From positions 274,365,765 to 274,429,764 of the forward strand of contig NC_133620.1 of the NCBI RefSeq assembly GCF_048593235.1: a stretch of DNA of 64,000 bases, read 5' to 3'. The DNA comes from Sminthopsis crassicaudata (Eukaryota). Made by a program: the position numbers and the translations under genes. The notes beneath the pieces are model-generated. The model searched no databases and was not told the origin of the DNA. It was given only the letters and a program-made list of their open reading frames with translations. Of the stretch, positions 12,170 to 22,030 are shown one piece after another. The number at the start of each line of letters is the position of its first letter. Within the stretch, counting starts at the first letter, position 1.

Positions 12170-14764
12170 TGCGCGCATATTCAATAAACTCCATTTGTTC
12201 CCTATAACCTCCAAAATCAAATATAGAATCCTTTATTTGGCTTTTAAAGTTCTCCATAGCATTCCTTCCTACCTTTTCAGTGGTCTTTTTTCCTTCCTCC
12301 CCCAAGCACTCTCTGCCTCAGTGACACTGTTCCTACAACATAACACTCCCCAGATTCAGGCACCTTTACCAACTTCACCTCTATACCTGGGATTTTTTCC
12401 CCTCCTTTTCTCTCCCTCTGGGCTTCACTTGACTTTCTTTATATCTCAGCNNNNNNNNNNNNNNNNNNNNNNNNNNNNNNNNNNNNNNNNNNNNNNNNNN
12501 NNNNNNNNNNNNNNNNNNNNNNNNNNNNNNNNNNNNNNNNNNNNNNNNNNNNNNNNNNNNNNNNNNNNNNNNNNNNNNNCATTTGAACTCAGGTTCTCCT
12601 GCCTCCAGGTCTAGCTACCCCAAATGTCTCACCTTTTACAAGTCATTTCTCAACCCCCTTAACCTTAGTGCCTTCTATCTGAGATTATTTCCAATTTACC
12701 CTGGAGATAACTTGTTTATACACATCTACTTGCCTGTTGTCTCCCCTCATTAAACTATAAGTTCCTTGAGCTCTTAGAGGTTGACTTATACTTTTCTGGG
12801 TATCCCCAATACTCCACATAAATACTGATTGACTGATTTCAACAAATATTCATTGAGTACCCAATCAGATTCCAAGATTGATACAAGGAATTTTATTACG
12901 TCTCAAGCAACTCATATGTTTTATATGAAAACTGGTTCCAGTATCTTAAAAACTGGTCAGTTACTGTTTCTTTGTTCCTTTGACTGAAAACAGACAAGTG
13001 TGGGGAATAGGACACTTCTTTTTCTGATTTCAGAGAATTGCACCTATTTACTCTTCTTTTCCTAACTCTTGAAATTCATTCATTCTCCCTCCTAACTTAG
13101 AAAGTCCTTAGTCTCTCCTTCAATTAGAAATCAGGTTACTTAATCTTGTGTGCTAGTTTATATCTTGTTAAATTTTTTTCTTTTGATGCAAAAAAAGAAA
13201 AAAATCTATCTCCTTGATTTTTTTGACGTCCAGGGCCAAACCCAAGAGCCTGGTCCCCATTTGTTTATGCAACTCAGAAACTCGAACCTTTGTGTCCTCA
13301 GTTATTTCAGATTGCCAAATGGTGGCCATTATTGGTATTCCAATATTGAGCTTCACTGTCATCCTATATAGCCCATTCTAGAATTTTACCAAATACTGGA
13401 AGTGGAGCCAGAAAACCTGAGTTCAAATTCTAACTTTGCGGTGACTTTGGACCTCTCTGTGTCTGTCTCTGTTTCACATTGTATGAAATGAATGTGTTGA
13501 ACTAAGCTATCACTAAATTTCCTTTTAGTTATAAATCCCATGGACCTTTTATTATCATAGCATGTATTTTGATAAGCAGGAAATAAAGCAATTGAGCAGG
13601 TGTGATTAAATCCAGAACACAGAGATTAATCTATTTTATTAAATCCTTCATCAATATTTTCTTTTCATTTTAAGAAAATTAAAAGGCATTTCTAACATGC
13701 CCAACTTTTTTAAAAATTGTGATTTTTTTTAAACTTAAAATGAAGCCTCCTTTATTCAACTCTAGCCTGATTCCCCCCCCCCAAAAAAAAGAGGACCATA
13801 ACTAGGATGAAGCAGTCAGGGTTATGCCAGGACATTAATAATAATAATAATTACAACAACAACTATATGCCAAGTCCTTCATAAATACCATCTCATTTGA
13901 TCCTCTGTACAACTCTAGGAGATAGATCTTATTATCATCTCCATTTCACAACTGAGTCAACTAATGTAAATAGAGATGAAGTGTTAAATTAAGCCCAGAG
14001 TCACACAGATAATGTCTGAAGCCAGGCTTGTACTCTACTCTTGATAACTGCAGGCCTAGTGCTCTCTGCTTGCAATATCTAGCTGTCTAATTTAAAAGGC
14101 ACAAAAATATATTACATTTAGAAGCACATAGTAATTTTCTTTTCCCTCATTCAAATGACTTTATTTTAATTAATCTATTCTTTGTTTTTACATCATCAAT
14201 TACAAAATTAATTTCCTACTGACTCTCCCAAAAGAATCTCCCTATAAAAATATCCTTAAGTTTTCTTCTAATGAAAAGAGTATTTATTTGCAGATATCAC
14301 TACACTATTTTAGCTATTTAAATTTCTATATGTGGACTAGCCTGGTTTATTAATAAACTCAAAGTCAGAGACAGTTAAATCTAACCCTTCCTTAAATAAT
14401 GCTTTGGGAAGAACTTTCCAAATAAGTATTTCCTTGACTAGGAAGAACTTTATTTGGTAATATCAAAACCATCCAGGTAGAAACTGTCAGTAAATATTGG
14501 TCTGGCTTTCTCTGATCCTTCCAGATAGAAGTGGTCTCATCTTCTCCTTTCCTAACATTTTACCTTCTTATCATGAATTTCTGAGCATTATAGTTTCCAG
14601 AGGAAATAGAGAATGCTCAGGGAGAAAGCAAGTGATTCAGAGTTTAGAGAGTACTTGTGAGTGATGTTTGACCCGGACCATCAATAATTTCACCCTCAGT
14701 ATTCTACAAGGCTATCGTTTTGTTTCATTTTCCTCTCTTCCCAGATTTTGATCCCCCAACTAGG

Positions 14765-15890
14765 GTTGTACTAGTAAATGTTTAACTGGTTCTGCAAAAC
14801 CACACCACAAAACACTGAGAAGTTTATTCTGCATCATCAACATGGTTTCTAGCACTGCCTTGAATCTATACAATCAACAAAACAATCAATCAGACATTGA
14901 TTTGTAAATTTGCTGATTTCCGAGATGTAAAATGCTCACAGTGAACCCTGGGCAAGACACTTCATCCTGTTTGCCTTAGTTTTTCTTCATTGTAAAGTGA
15001 ATTGATAAAGGAAATGGTAAAAAAGAAAAAATCTCAGTAGCTTTACCAAAAATAATAATAATAATAATAATAATCCCAAATGGGATCATACATAGATATG
15101 ACTGAACAACAGTGCTTATGCTATTTAGTTCACAGAGATGTTATGAGCAAGATGCTCTGTAAATCTCAAAAGTGTTATAAAAATAGGTTATTATTATATA
15201 AAGGTAGGGATGTGCTAGAGCCAGCTTGAACTGGATCATGAAAGTCAATTGTTCAATTTTCAATGTAAGGATTTATATTGCAAAAATTGGCAAATACTAT
15301 AAACCATTTTTTGTCGATTTATTTTTGTTGATTGTCTCAACTTAAGAAAGTGATGGAAAAATGTCATATTAAACTTAAAAATGTAGAGTGGGTACATTTC
15401 TTCCCCAAGAGTCAGTTGTTAACTATTCACCAGTCTTATATAAATATGAGCTGTTTAGGCTTTTAACTCTATTAAGATGAAATGATTCATAGATTTTTAA
15501 AATAGTTTTTATTTACCAGATATATGCATGGGTAATTTCACAACATTGACAATTGCCAAACCTTTTTTTCTAATTTTTCTCCTCCTTCCCCCCCCAGATT
15601 CATAGATAATTAAGAAAGTGATGGGAAATTATTAACAATGGATATTAAACTTAAAAATGTATACTAGGTATCTTTTTCCCCAAGAGCCAGTTGTTAAACA
15701 TTTACCAACCCAACATTGTAAAATACAATTTATTTAAACTATTAGCTCTTTTAGGTTAAAATGATTAATAAATTTTTATCAGATTTAAATACATGGTGAA
15801 AAAATGTTAATAATGGACACTAAACCTAAAAGTAGGTCACAGGAACCTTTTCCACTAAGAGCCATTGGTTAAATATTTAGCCGGCCATCC
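14765..15890. mobile_element. Cluster of MER63-like (hAT) fragments
   Basis: Terminal motif gagccagttgttaaacatttacc and variants at about 15407, 15684 and 15860. The opposite end tagtaaatgttttaactgg lies at about 14772. Confidence 0.6.
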
Positions 15891-15967
15891 CTTATATGAA
15901 TATGAGCTGTTTAGACTATTAGCTTTATTAGGCTAAAGTGGTTCATAGATCTTTATCAGATTCTTAC

Positions 15968-16103
15968 TCAGTAGAAGCCTGTCCTTTGGGGAGAACTTGA
16001 ACACAGCAGGAACTTTCAACAACAGACGAAGGAATGGGATGTGGAAGTGGATTGACACTAGGTTCATGTTCCTCAGGCTCCAGACTGCCATTGCCATTAG
16101 TAC
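15968..16103 (-). CDS. SPATS1: SPATS1 internal exon (136 nt, divergent Ser/Pro-rich region)
   Basis: tggcag|...|gtaaga. Open frame TNGNGSLEPEEHEPSVNPLPHPIPSSVVESSCCVQVLPKGQAST. Phases 1/2 join the 113-nt exon in frame. Similarity to the eutherian sequence is weak and the acceptor is purine-rich. Confidence 0.7.
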
Positions 16104-18462
16104 CTGCCACAACATATTTTTAATTCTTTAATAACATTATCAAAAATAGCATTTTGTTCAGCATTTAAAGCTCATCTAAGATGTGAAAGACCAAAATCTA
16201 ATTACAAAATATATTTTTCTTTTCCTTCTTTCTGTAACAGTCTATACTACTTCTGGATAACCTAATAGATAAGGTGTTGGGATTTCAGTCAGGAAGACCT
16301 GAGTTCAAATCCTAACTTTAGGCAAGTCATTTAGCATCCGTCTCAGTTTCCTCATCTATAAGATGAGGATAATAATACTGACTTCGCAAAATTGTTGTGA
16401 GATTCAATTATAAATATATATTATATATAATATATATATATATATATCTACTTATGCATATGCTTATATTTGTGGGTTGTTCAGTCATTTCAATCATGTT
16501 GACTCTTAATTTATTTTTTTCATACACATTGCTTTATGACTCATGTTGGGGTGTTTGACTCTTTGTAATCCCATTTGAAGCTTTCTTGATAAAAATACTA
16601 AAGTGGTTTGCCATTTCCTTCTCTAGCTCATTTGACAGATAAAGAAACAGGCAAATGGGATGAAGTGATTTGCCTAGTTACATAAGCTAGGAAATATCTA
16701 AAGTTGGATTTGAACTCAGATCTTCCTGACTCAATGTCCAATGCTTTATCCACTGGACCACCTACTAACCCATGTACTCATTTGTTTATTTATTTTATAT
16801 ACATATTCTCTTCATATATTATATATCATATCATATATATTAAAAATCATCATGTATATAACTCAGCAAAGCTTAGAGCACCATATAAATGTTCGTTTTA
16901 TCATCATCATAGTCCCCACTTCTATTTCTTCATGACTCTTCCCTTCCTTTCCCCCCCTACATCTGTACTGAAGGAGCTTTTTCCAGATTTACAGACCATT
17001 CCATGGAGAAATACAAAGACCTTTTCTCATTCTTGAACTCTCTACTCTGATACCTATCTATCTTCTTTTAAATTTTCTCCTTGACTTTTTTTCTTAAAAA
17101 AAATAAAATACACTTCACTGCCTCCTCCATAGAAGCCTTCTTTTTTTTTTTTTTTATAAATACTCCCTTAACTTCTGTGACACTACACCTTCTCCTCCAA
17201 ACTCTCTGCCTTCTTTTCTGACTCTTCTACTAGCTTTTCTTCATCTTATCCACTAACTTTGGTCCTTCTTCGAGCTCCTTTCTTGGTCCTTTTATCTCTA
17301 TGTTCTGTCCTCTAGTGAACTCATCTACTCGCATGGCTCCCAAGAAAAAGCTGTTCAGAATTAGAAAAACCTGGGTTTAAGTTCCCTTCCTCTGACACAT
17401 AACTGGCTATGTCAGAATAAATCATTTAACCTTTCAATTACCCAGGAAACTCTCAGTCTGTAAGTTGAAGAACATTCAGAGTAAGAGTTTCCTTGCTGGG
17501 TATCCCATATTCCAAGGAAATCACAATTCTAGACCCCCCCCAAAAAAAGGGTTTCTAGTGGCAGTGTAGTAGAAAGATAACCACGAATGAGATCCTTATT
17601 ACTTACTACCCATGTGATCATGATCAAGTCACATAGCATCTCTAAGTTTCAGTTTCTTCCAGTATGAAATGTGATTTCCAATGTTTTCCCAGATCTACAA
17701 CTATTACTCTCTACCACCCCTATACCTCTCTCCCAAACTCCAATACTGAATCCAAGATTCACATGATAGGCTTTGTAAAATGGACTGGTGGTGGGAAGGA
17801 AGGATGAAGGGGCTGAAAGATGGTAGGTGGATCAGTTAGAAAGCTTCTGCAGTAATACCAATAACAGACAATGGAACCTTTTTGGAATAGTGGCAGTGGG
17901 CATGGAAATGAATGGAATCAAGATCACAGAATTTAAAAGTGAATGGAACCATAGTGAAAGGAACCATCAAGTTTACCACACTCATTTGACACGTGAGGAA
18001 AATGAGACGCAGGTTAAATGAATTGTCAAGAGTCACATAGCTATTATCTGAGACAGAAACCAAGTCCCAAGTCCAATCCACTATGTAGTAATGCTTTAGA
18101 AGAGATGCTAGGAGGATGAAACCTTGTAACTGCCTGGGTTGGGAGGAGGGTGAGGAAAAAAAAAGAATCAAGAATAATTAAAAGTTTTGATCCTTAGTGA
18201 CTTAGAAATGAAAGCTATTATTGACAGAATTAGGAAAGTATAGTAAGCCCCCAAGAGAATCAGAGCCTATAATACCTATAATACCAATGAGGGATGCACT
18301 TCTAGCATGGGTGAGATGGGGAAAATCAATCTCCAAAAAGAAAAAAAGTTGAATTGGATACTTTAAGAATGACTATCTCCAAAGCTCAGTCTTCAGTATT
18401 TTCTTTCTTTTTTGTTCAAGCCCTCAGATGTTACATTTATTCTCATAGCTTATCTGCTTTTT

Positions 18463-18595
18463 GGGGGCTTGCTATACTGGTGCTAAACTCAGTTGTCTTA
18501 TTCCTTCTGCAACTCTAAACTCTTGAATTCAAGAGATCCACCATCTTCAGCCTTTCCCAGGTGAAGGGCTTATACATATTCACGACTATACCCAG
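18463..18595 (-). mobile_element. 7SL-RNA-derived fragment (P7SL-like), 5' half, decayed
   Basis: Minus strand GGCTGAAGATGGTGGATCTCTTGAATTCAAGAGTT and CAACTGAGTTTAGCACCAGTATAGCAAGCCCCC align with 7SL GGCTGAGGCTGGAGGATCGCTTGAGTCCAGGAGTT and GCACTAAGTTCGGCATCAATATGGTGACCTCCC. Confidence 0.7.
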
Positions 18596-18607
18596 TTCAA
18601 TTTCTTT

Positions 18608-19244
18608 CTTTTTTTTTCTTTGTTTCTTTCTCTTTCTTCCTTTCTCTCTCCCTTCTCCCTCCTCCCCCCCTCCTTAAGTGATCACTTTATTGACCTTTTA
18701 ATAGAAAACAGGACATTATTGCCAGGAAGAGTGACACCCTCCCATGTCTGCTGGACCCAGGGCATGGCTTCCTCTTTGCCAATCCTGCGTTTGGCCCCAC
18801 TGCAGCCTGTCTCGTGCTTCTTGTCTGCCATGCTGAACCCAGGCCTGCCCAGCACCACATAGAAGTCCCAGCCATAGATGACCAGGTTTGCGTTGCACCT
18901 AGTCCCCAGATGCATATGCTCTGGGATCCCAAAGCTGAAGCTGCCAGTGTCTGAGAAGTGTTCTTTTCTTTAACTCATGTTCTTGCACCTTCGGCCCCTT
19001 CTCCAGAATCTCTTCAGCTTTGGCAGCATGACTGGTGAACGATGATCTTGTTTCTCCTGATTCCAAAACACCTGACAGTAGAGTGAGCTTTGGAGAACAC
19101 TGGGCTTTATCCTGTGAGCTGCTGGGTCAGCCAGTCCCCGCTCTCCCCAACAGATGTTGAAGCAGAGCTTTCAGGTGCACAGTTCCAGCATGAGTTTTCC
19201 TTTTCACTCTGATCTTGTGCGATAATGGAGAACCAGGTGAGAGG
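18608..19244 (-). pseudogene. RPL11: Processed RPL11 pseudogene in the SPATS1 first intron
   Basis: Intronless RPL11-like peptides ([50 protein letters not shown]). Lesions: ATG changed to ATC, frameshifts, a deletion across RAAKVLE, a premature TAA. Has a pyrimidine-rich 5' leader, AATAAA at 18691-18686 and a decayed A-rich tail. 16-bp TSD ccagttcaatttcttt (18592-18607) / ccggttcaatttcttt (19245-19260). Confidence 0.95.
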
Positions 19245-19275
19245 CCGGTTCAATTTCTTTAAAAAAAAAATTATT

Positions 19276-19424
19276 GGGGGGCCAGCTAGGTGGCGCAGTG
19301 GATGCAGCACCAGCCCTGAATTCAGGAGGACCCGAGTTCAAATATGACCTCAGACACTTAACACTTCCTAGCTGTGAGACCCTGGGCAAGTCACTTAACC
19401 TCAATTGCATAAAAAAAAAAAAAA
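19276..19424 (+). mobile_element. Young tRNA-derived marsupial SINE (WSINE1-like)
   Basis: A-box tggcgcagtgg, B-box gagttcaaat, CORE-like body and poly(A). Flanked by A10TTA repeats at 19261-19273 and 19415-19427. Confidence 0.85.
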
Positions 19425-20272
19425 TTAAGCCCTGTTCTCAAGAAAGTTAATATCTAATGTGCAGAAGGACTATGGATGCTTCTGTTTCAATTTTCCCAAC
19501 TAAAACTAATGGTATATATGCCTGTCACCTCCCCATCCCTCTTGGACTGCTGCCAGAATGGGTCAAGATAAGCCAAAGTGACTGGATTCTAACCTTTTAA
19601 CCCTAGATCTTGCAGAGCTAAGGCCAGTCGTCCAATTTTTCCTTTCCACTGATCGATAATGGAACGTAAATGCTACCCTGGGGAGATTCACATCGATCAC
19701 CTAATCAACAAGCATTTATTAAGTCCCTATTAGCTATCAGTCAGTCCCCACTGAAGTCCCATGTCCTCACAGACCTTATTCCACCGATAAATGTTCACAG
19801 CTCATCACTGCGGCGGTGGGAACACCAACAAACGGGGAACAGGAAGCAGGAAGCCCGAGCTGGCCTGTGAAACAGCTGCTGGTTTCAAGAATGGGGGTGA
19901 CAAGGGAGAGCCTTCTAGGAATGGGGAAGAGCCCGGGCACAGGCAGGAATGCGAGGCACCGAGAACGGTAAATAGCAGCGTTTTCTAGGATCGTGGCACG
20001 TGAGGGAGGACAATGGGCAAACATCCTGGAAAGGGAGGCTGTCGCGGTTTGTGGAGAAATGTAACGTCAGACAAGGGAATAGGGAGCCACCAAAGCTTCT
20101 TGAGCATGAGAGCTTCAGGGACATGCACATCTGACTCTGTGACCAGGAGGATGGATTAGCAAGGAAAGGCCCACTCACTCTCCTGAGGCCATAATTCTGT
20201 AGGATAGGAAGGAGCTTCCGGAGGGGTGTACAGCTATTCTTACGCCTTCTTTCTCATACAGACCTTACTCTT

Positions 20273-20403
20273 TTTTTTCCCTGAGGCTGGGGTGAAGTGA
20301 CTTGCCCAGGGTCACACAGCTAGGAAGTGTTAAGTGTCTGAGACCAGACTTGAACTCGGGTCCTCCTGAATTCAGGGCTGGTGCTCTAACCACTGCGCCA
20401 CCT
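20273..20403 (-). mobile_element. Young tRNA-derived SINE (WSINE1-like)
   Basis: Same family in reverse orientation. 11-bp TSD accttactctt at 20262-20272 and 20404-20414. Confidence 0.85.
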
Positions 20404-20627
20404 ACCTTACTCTTAATAACCAGTTATGTATCTACCAATAAACATTTATTGAGCACCTACTGTTTCAGGCACCGTGCTGAGTGCTGGAGTCCATGCTCAC
20501 CTGGTGTTCTCCTTTTCCCCAGGACCCTTCATCCCCAACCAAGACCCCCAAACCTCCTTCACGGTCTCCTACCCTCATTCTTGGCCTCCTCCACAACAAG
20601 TGAGAAAGATTCCCTGGGCTCCATCAC

Positions 20628-20718
20628 CTGAGGGGGCGCCCGGAGCTGCAGCAAACCGAGCGCGCGGCCAGCCCAGCTGGGAGGAGCCGGAGACTGGTTC
20701 CCTGCTCCGCGGAAGCAT
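20628..20718 (-). CDS. SPATS1: Candidate first coding exon of SPATS1
   Basis: ATG in gtggcgATGc context inside the CpG island. Encodes MLPRSREPVSGSSQLGWPRARFAAAPGAPS plus 1 nt, then donor CAG|gtgatg. Phase 1 joins the 16103 acceptor and gives 276 aa in total. No recognisable homology, so this is inference from phase and position. Confidence 0.4.
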
Positions 20719-20731
20719 CGCCACCACTCTG

Positions 20732-20744
20732 GTTTCCAGGTTAC
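20732..20744 (-). promoter_or_regulatory. RFX X-box-like motif GTAACCTGGAAAC
   Basis: Imperfect palindrome fitting GTNRCC-N-RRHRAC, 13 nt upstream of the candidate ATG. RFX factors are known regulators of spermatid and ciliary genes. Motif match only. Confidence 0.4.
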
Positions 20745-21463
20745 GGGAGATACTAACCGCGTTCTCGGTAGCGGGGGGAGGGGAGTCGGGGAGCCTGGCT
20801 GGGAGAGCCGGCTCTTTTGGACGGGGTTTTCTCCTTGTCGCTCGGGGTAGAAGCTCCCTTTGGATAAGGCAGAGATGACCTTTTCGATTTCCCCAGCCTC
20901 CTTCCGAAAGTTGTGTCCCCTTCATAGTCATTCAGGCTTCGGATCCCACCAAAATGGGATGCAGTTGGAGACCTCCGCTTAGGAGAAAGGATTAAAAAAA
21001 AACAAAAACAAAAAAAAAAAGGTCTGTCTGCGAGAGCCGTGGAGCTACCCGGCAAGCGAAGTCGGATTTTTCTTTTGTAGAATGGGAGTGCTCACGCCGC
21101 TTTACCGCGAGCCGATTCACGCTACGCCTCGGCAGCTCGTAACCCTGAAAATCTATTGGGATTTTTCACATTTCCATGTATTATTGTTCAGTTAAACTCA
21201 GCAAGCATTTAATGAGCACCTACTGTGTACAGAATGCTATGTGCCGCATGCCGGGGTGCTTGAATGAAAAGGAAGTAGTCCCTGCCTACTCTGGAGCCTC
21301 CCCCTCAGGTCAATTTTTAAAAATCTATTAGGCGCACACTGTATGCCAGATCCTGTTAGATACAACTTGGGGTTCACCCAGAGACAGAGGCAGACAGTCG
21401 GTGCCTTCTCCTGAGAGAATACAGCGAACACAGAGAAGTGCAAAACACTTGAATCTTATTTAT

Positions 21464-22030
21464 TTATATTTTATTTAGAATTTTTCCCACAGTATATATG
21501 CATGAGTAATTTTTTTATAATATTATCCCTTGTATTCATTTTTCCAAATTATCCCCCCCTCCCTCCACTCCCTCCCCCCGATGGCAGGTAATCCCATACA
21601 TTTTACATGTGTTACAATATAACCTAGATACAATATATGTGTGTAAATACCATTTTCTTGTTGCACATTAAGTATTAGCTTCCGAAGGTATAAGTAACCT
21701 GGGTAGATAGACAGTAGTGCTAATAATTTACATTCACTTCCCAGTGTTACTTCTCTGGGTGCAGCTGTCTCTGTCCATCATTGATCAGCTGGAAGTGAGT
21801 TGGATCTTCTTTATGTTGAAAATAACCACCTCCATCAGAATACATCCTCATACAGCATTGAAGTGTACAGTGATCTCCTGGTTCTGCTCATTTCACTCAG
21901 CATCAGTTGATTTAAGTCTCTCCAGGCCTCTCTGTATTCCTCCTGCTGGTCATTTCTTACAGAGCAATAATATTCCATAACCTTCATATACCACAATTTA
22001 CCCAACCATTCTCCAATTGATGGACATCCA
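21464..22030 (-). mobile_element. Young 5'-truncated L1 (ORF2 end plus 3'UTR)
   Basis: Reverse strand shows the L1 ORF2 C-terminal region and a marsupial-type 3'UTR with A-rich tail. 15-bp TSD ttgaatcttatttat (21449-21463) / ttgaatattatttat (22031-22045). Confidence 0.85.

Larger units (their letters stand above)
20570..21150 (-). promoter_or_regulatory. CpG island, probable SPATS1 promoter
   Basis: Sharp rise in GC and CpG against the AT-rich background, located at the 5' end of the minus-strand exon chain. Confidence 0.75.

Noticed and set aside
13168-13362. 64-aa minus-strand ORF in a SPATS1 intron
   Set aside because: No recognisable homology, no convincing splice pair, and the SPATS1 frame is complete without it.
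14581-14620. Small hairpin ctgagcatt...aatgctcag
   Set aside because: Only a 9-bp outer stem; too short for a pre-miRNA and within chance expectation.
19276-19424. A/B-box sequences as tRNA genes (here and in other copies)
   Set aside because: These are SINE heads with CORE bodies and poly(A); no cloverleaf forms.
19594-19700. Possible SPATS1 exon 2 (gattag|...|gttaga)
   Set aside because: The frame that would join the 16103 exon contains stops, and the acceptor derives from an L2-type tail.
20501-20532. Short ORF MKGPGEKENT ending at the strong donor at 20501
   Set aside because: Phase 2 cannot join the phase-1 acceptor at 16103 and no bridging exon was found. Kept only as a possible alternative donor.
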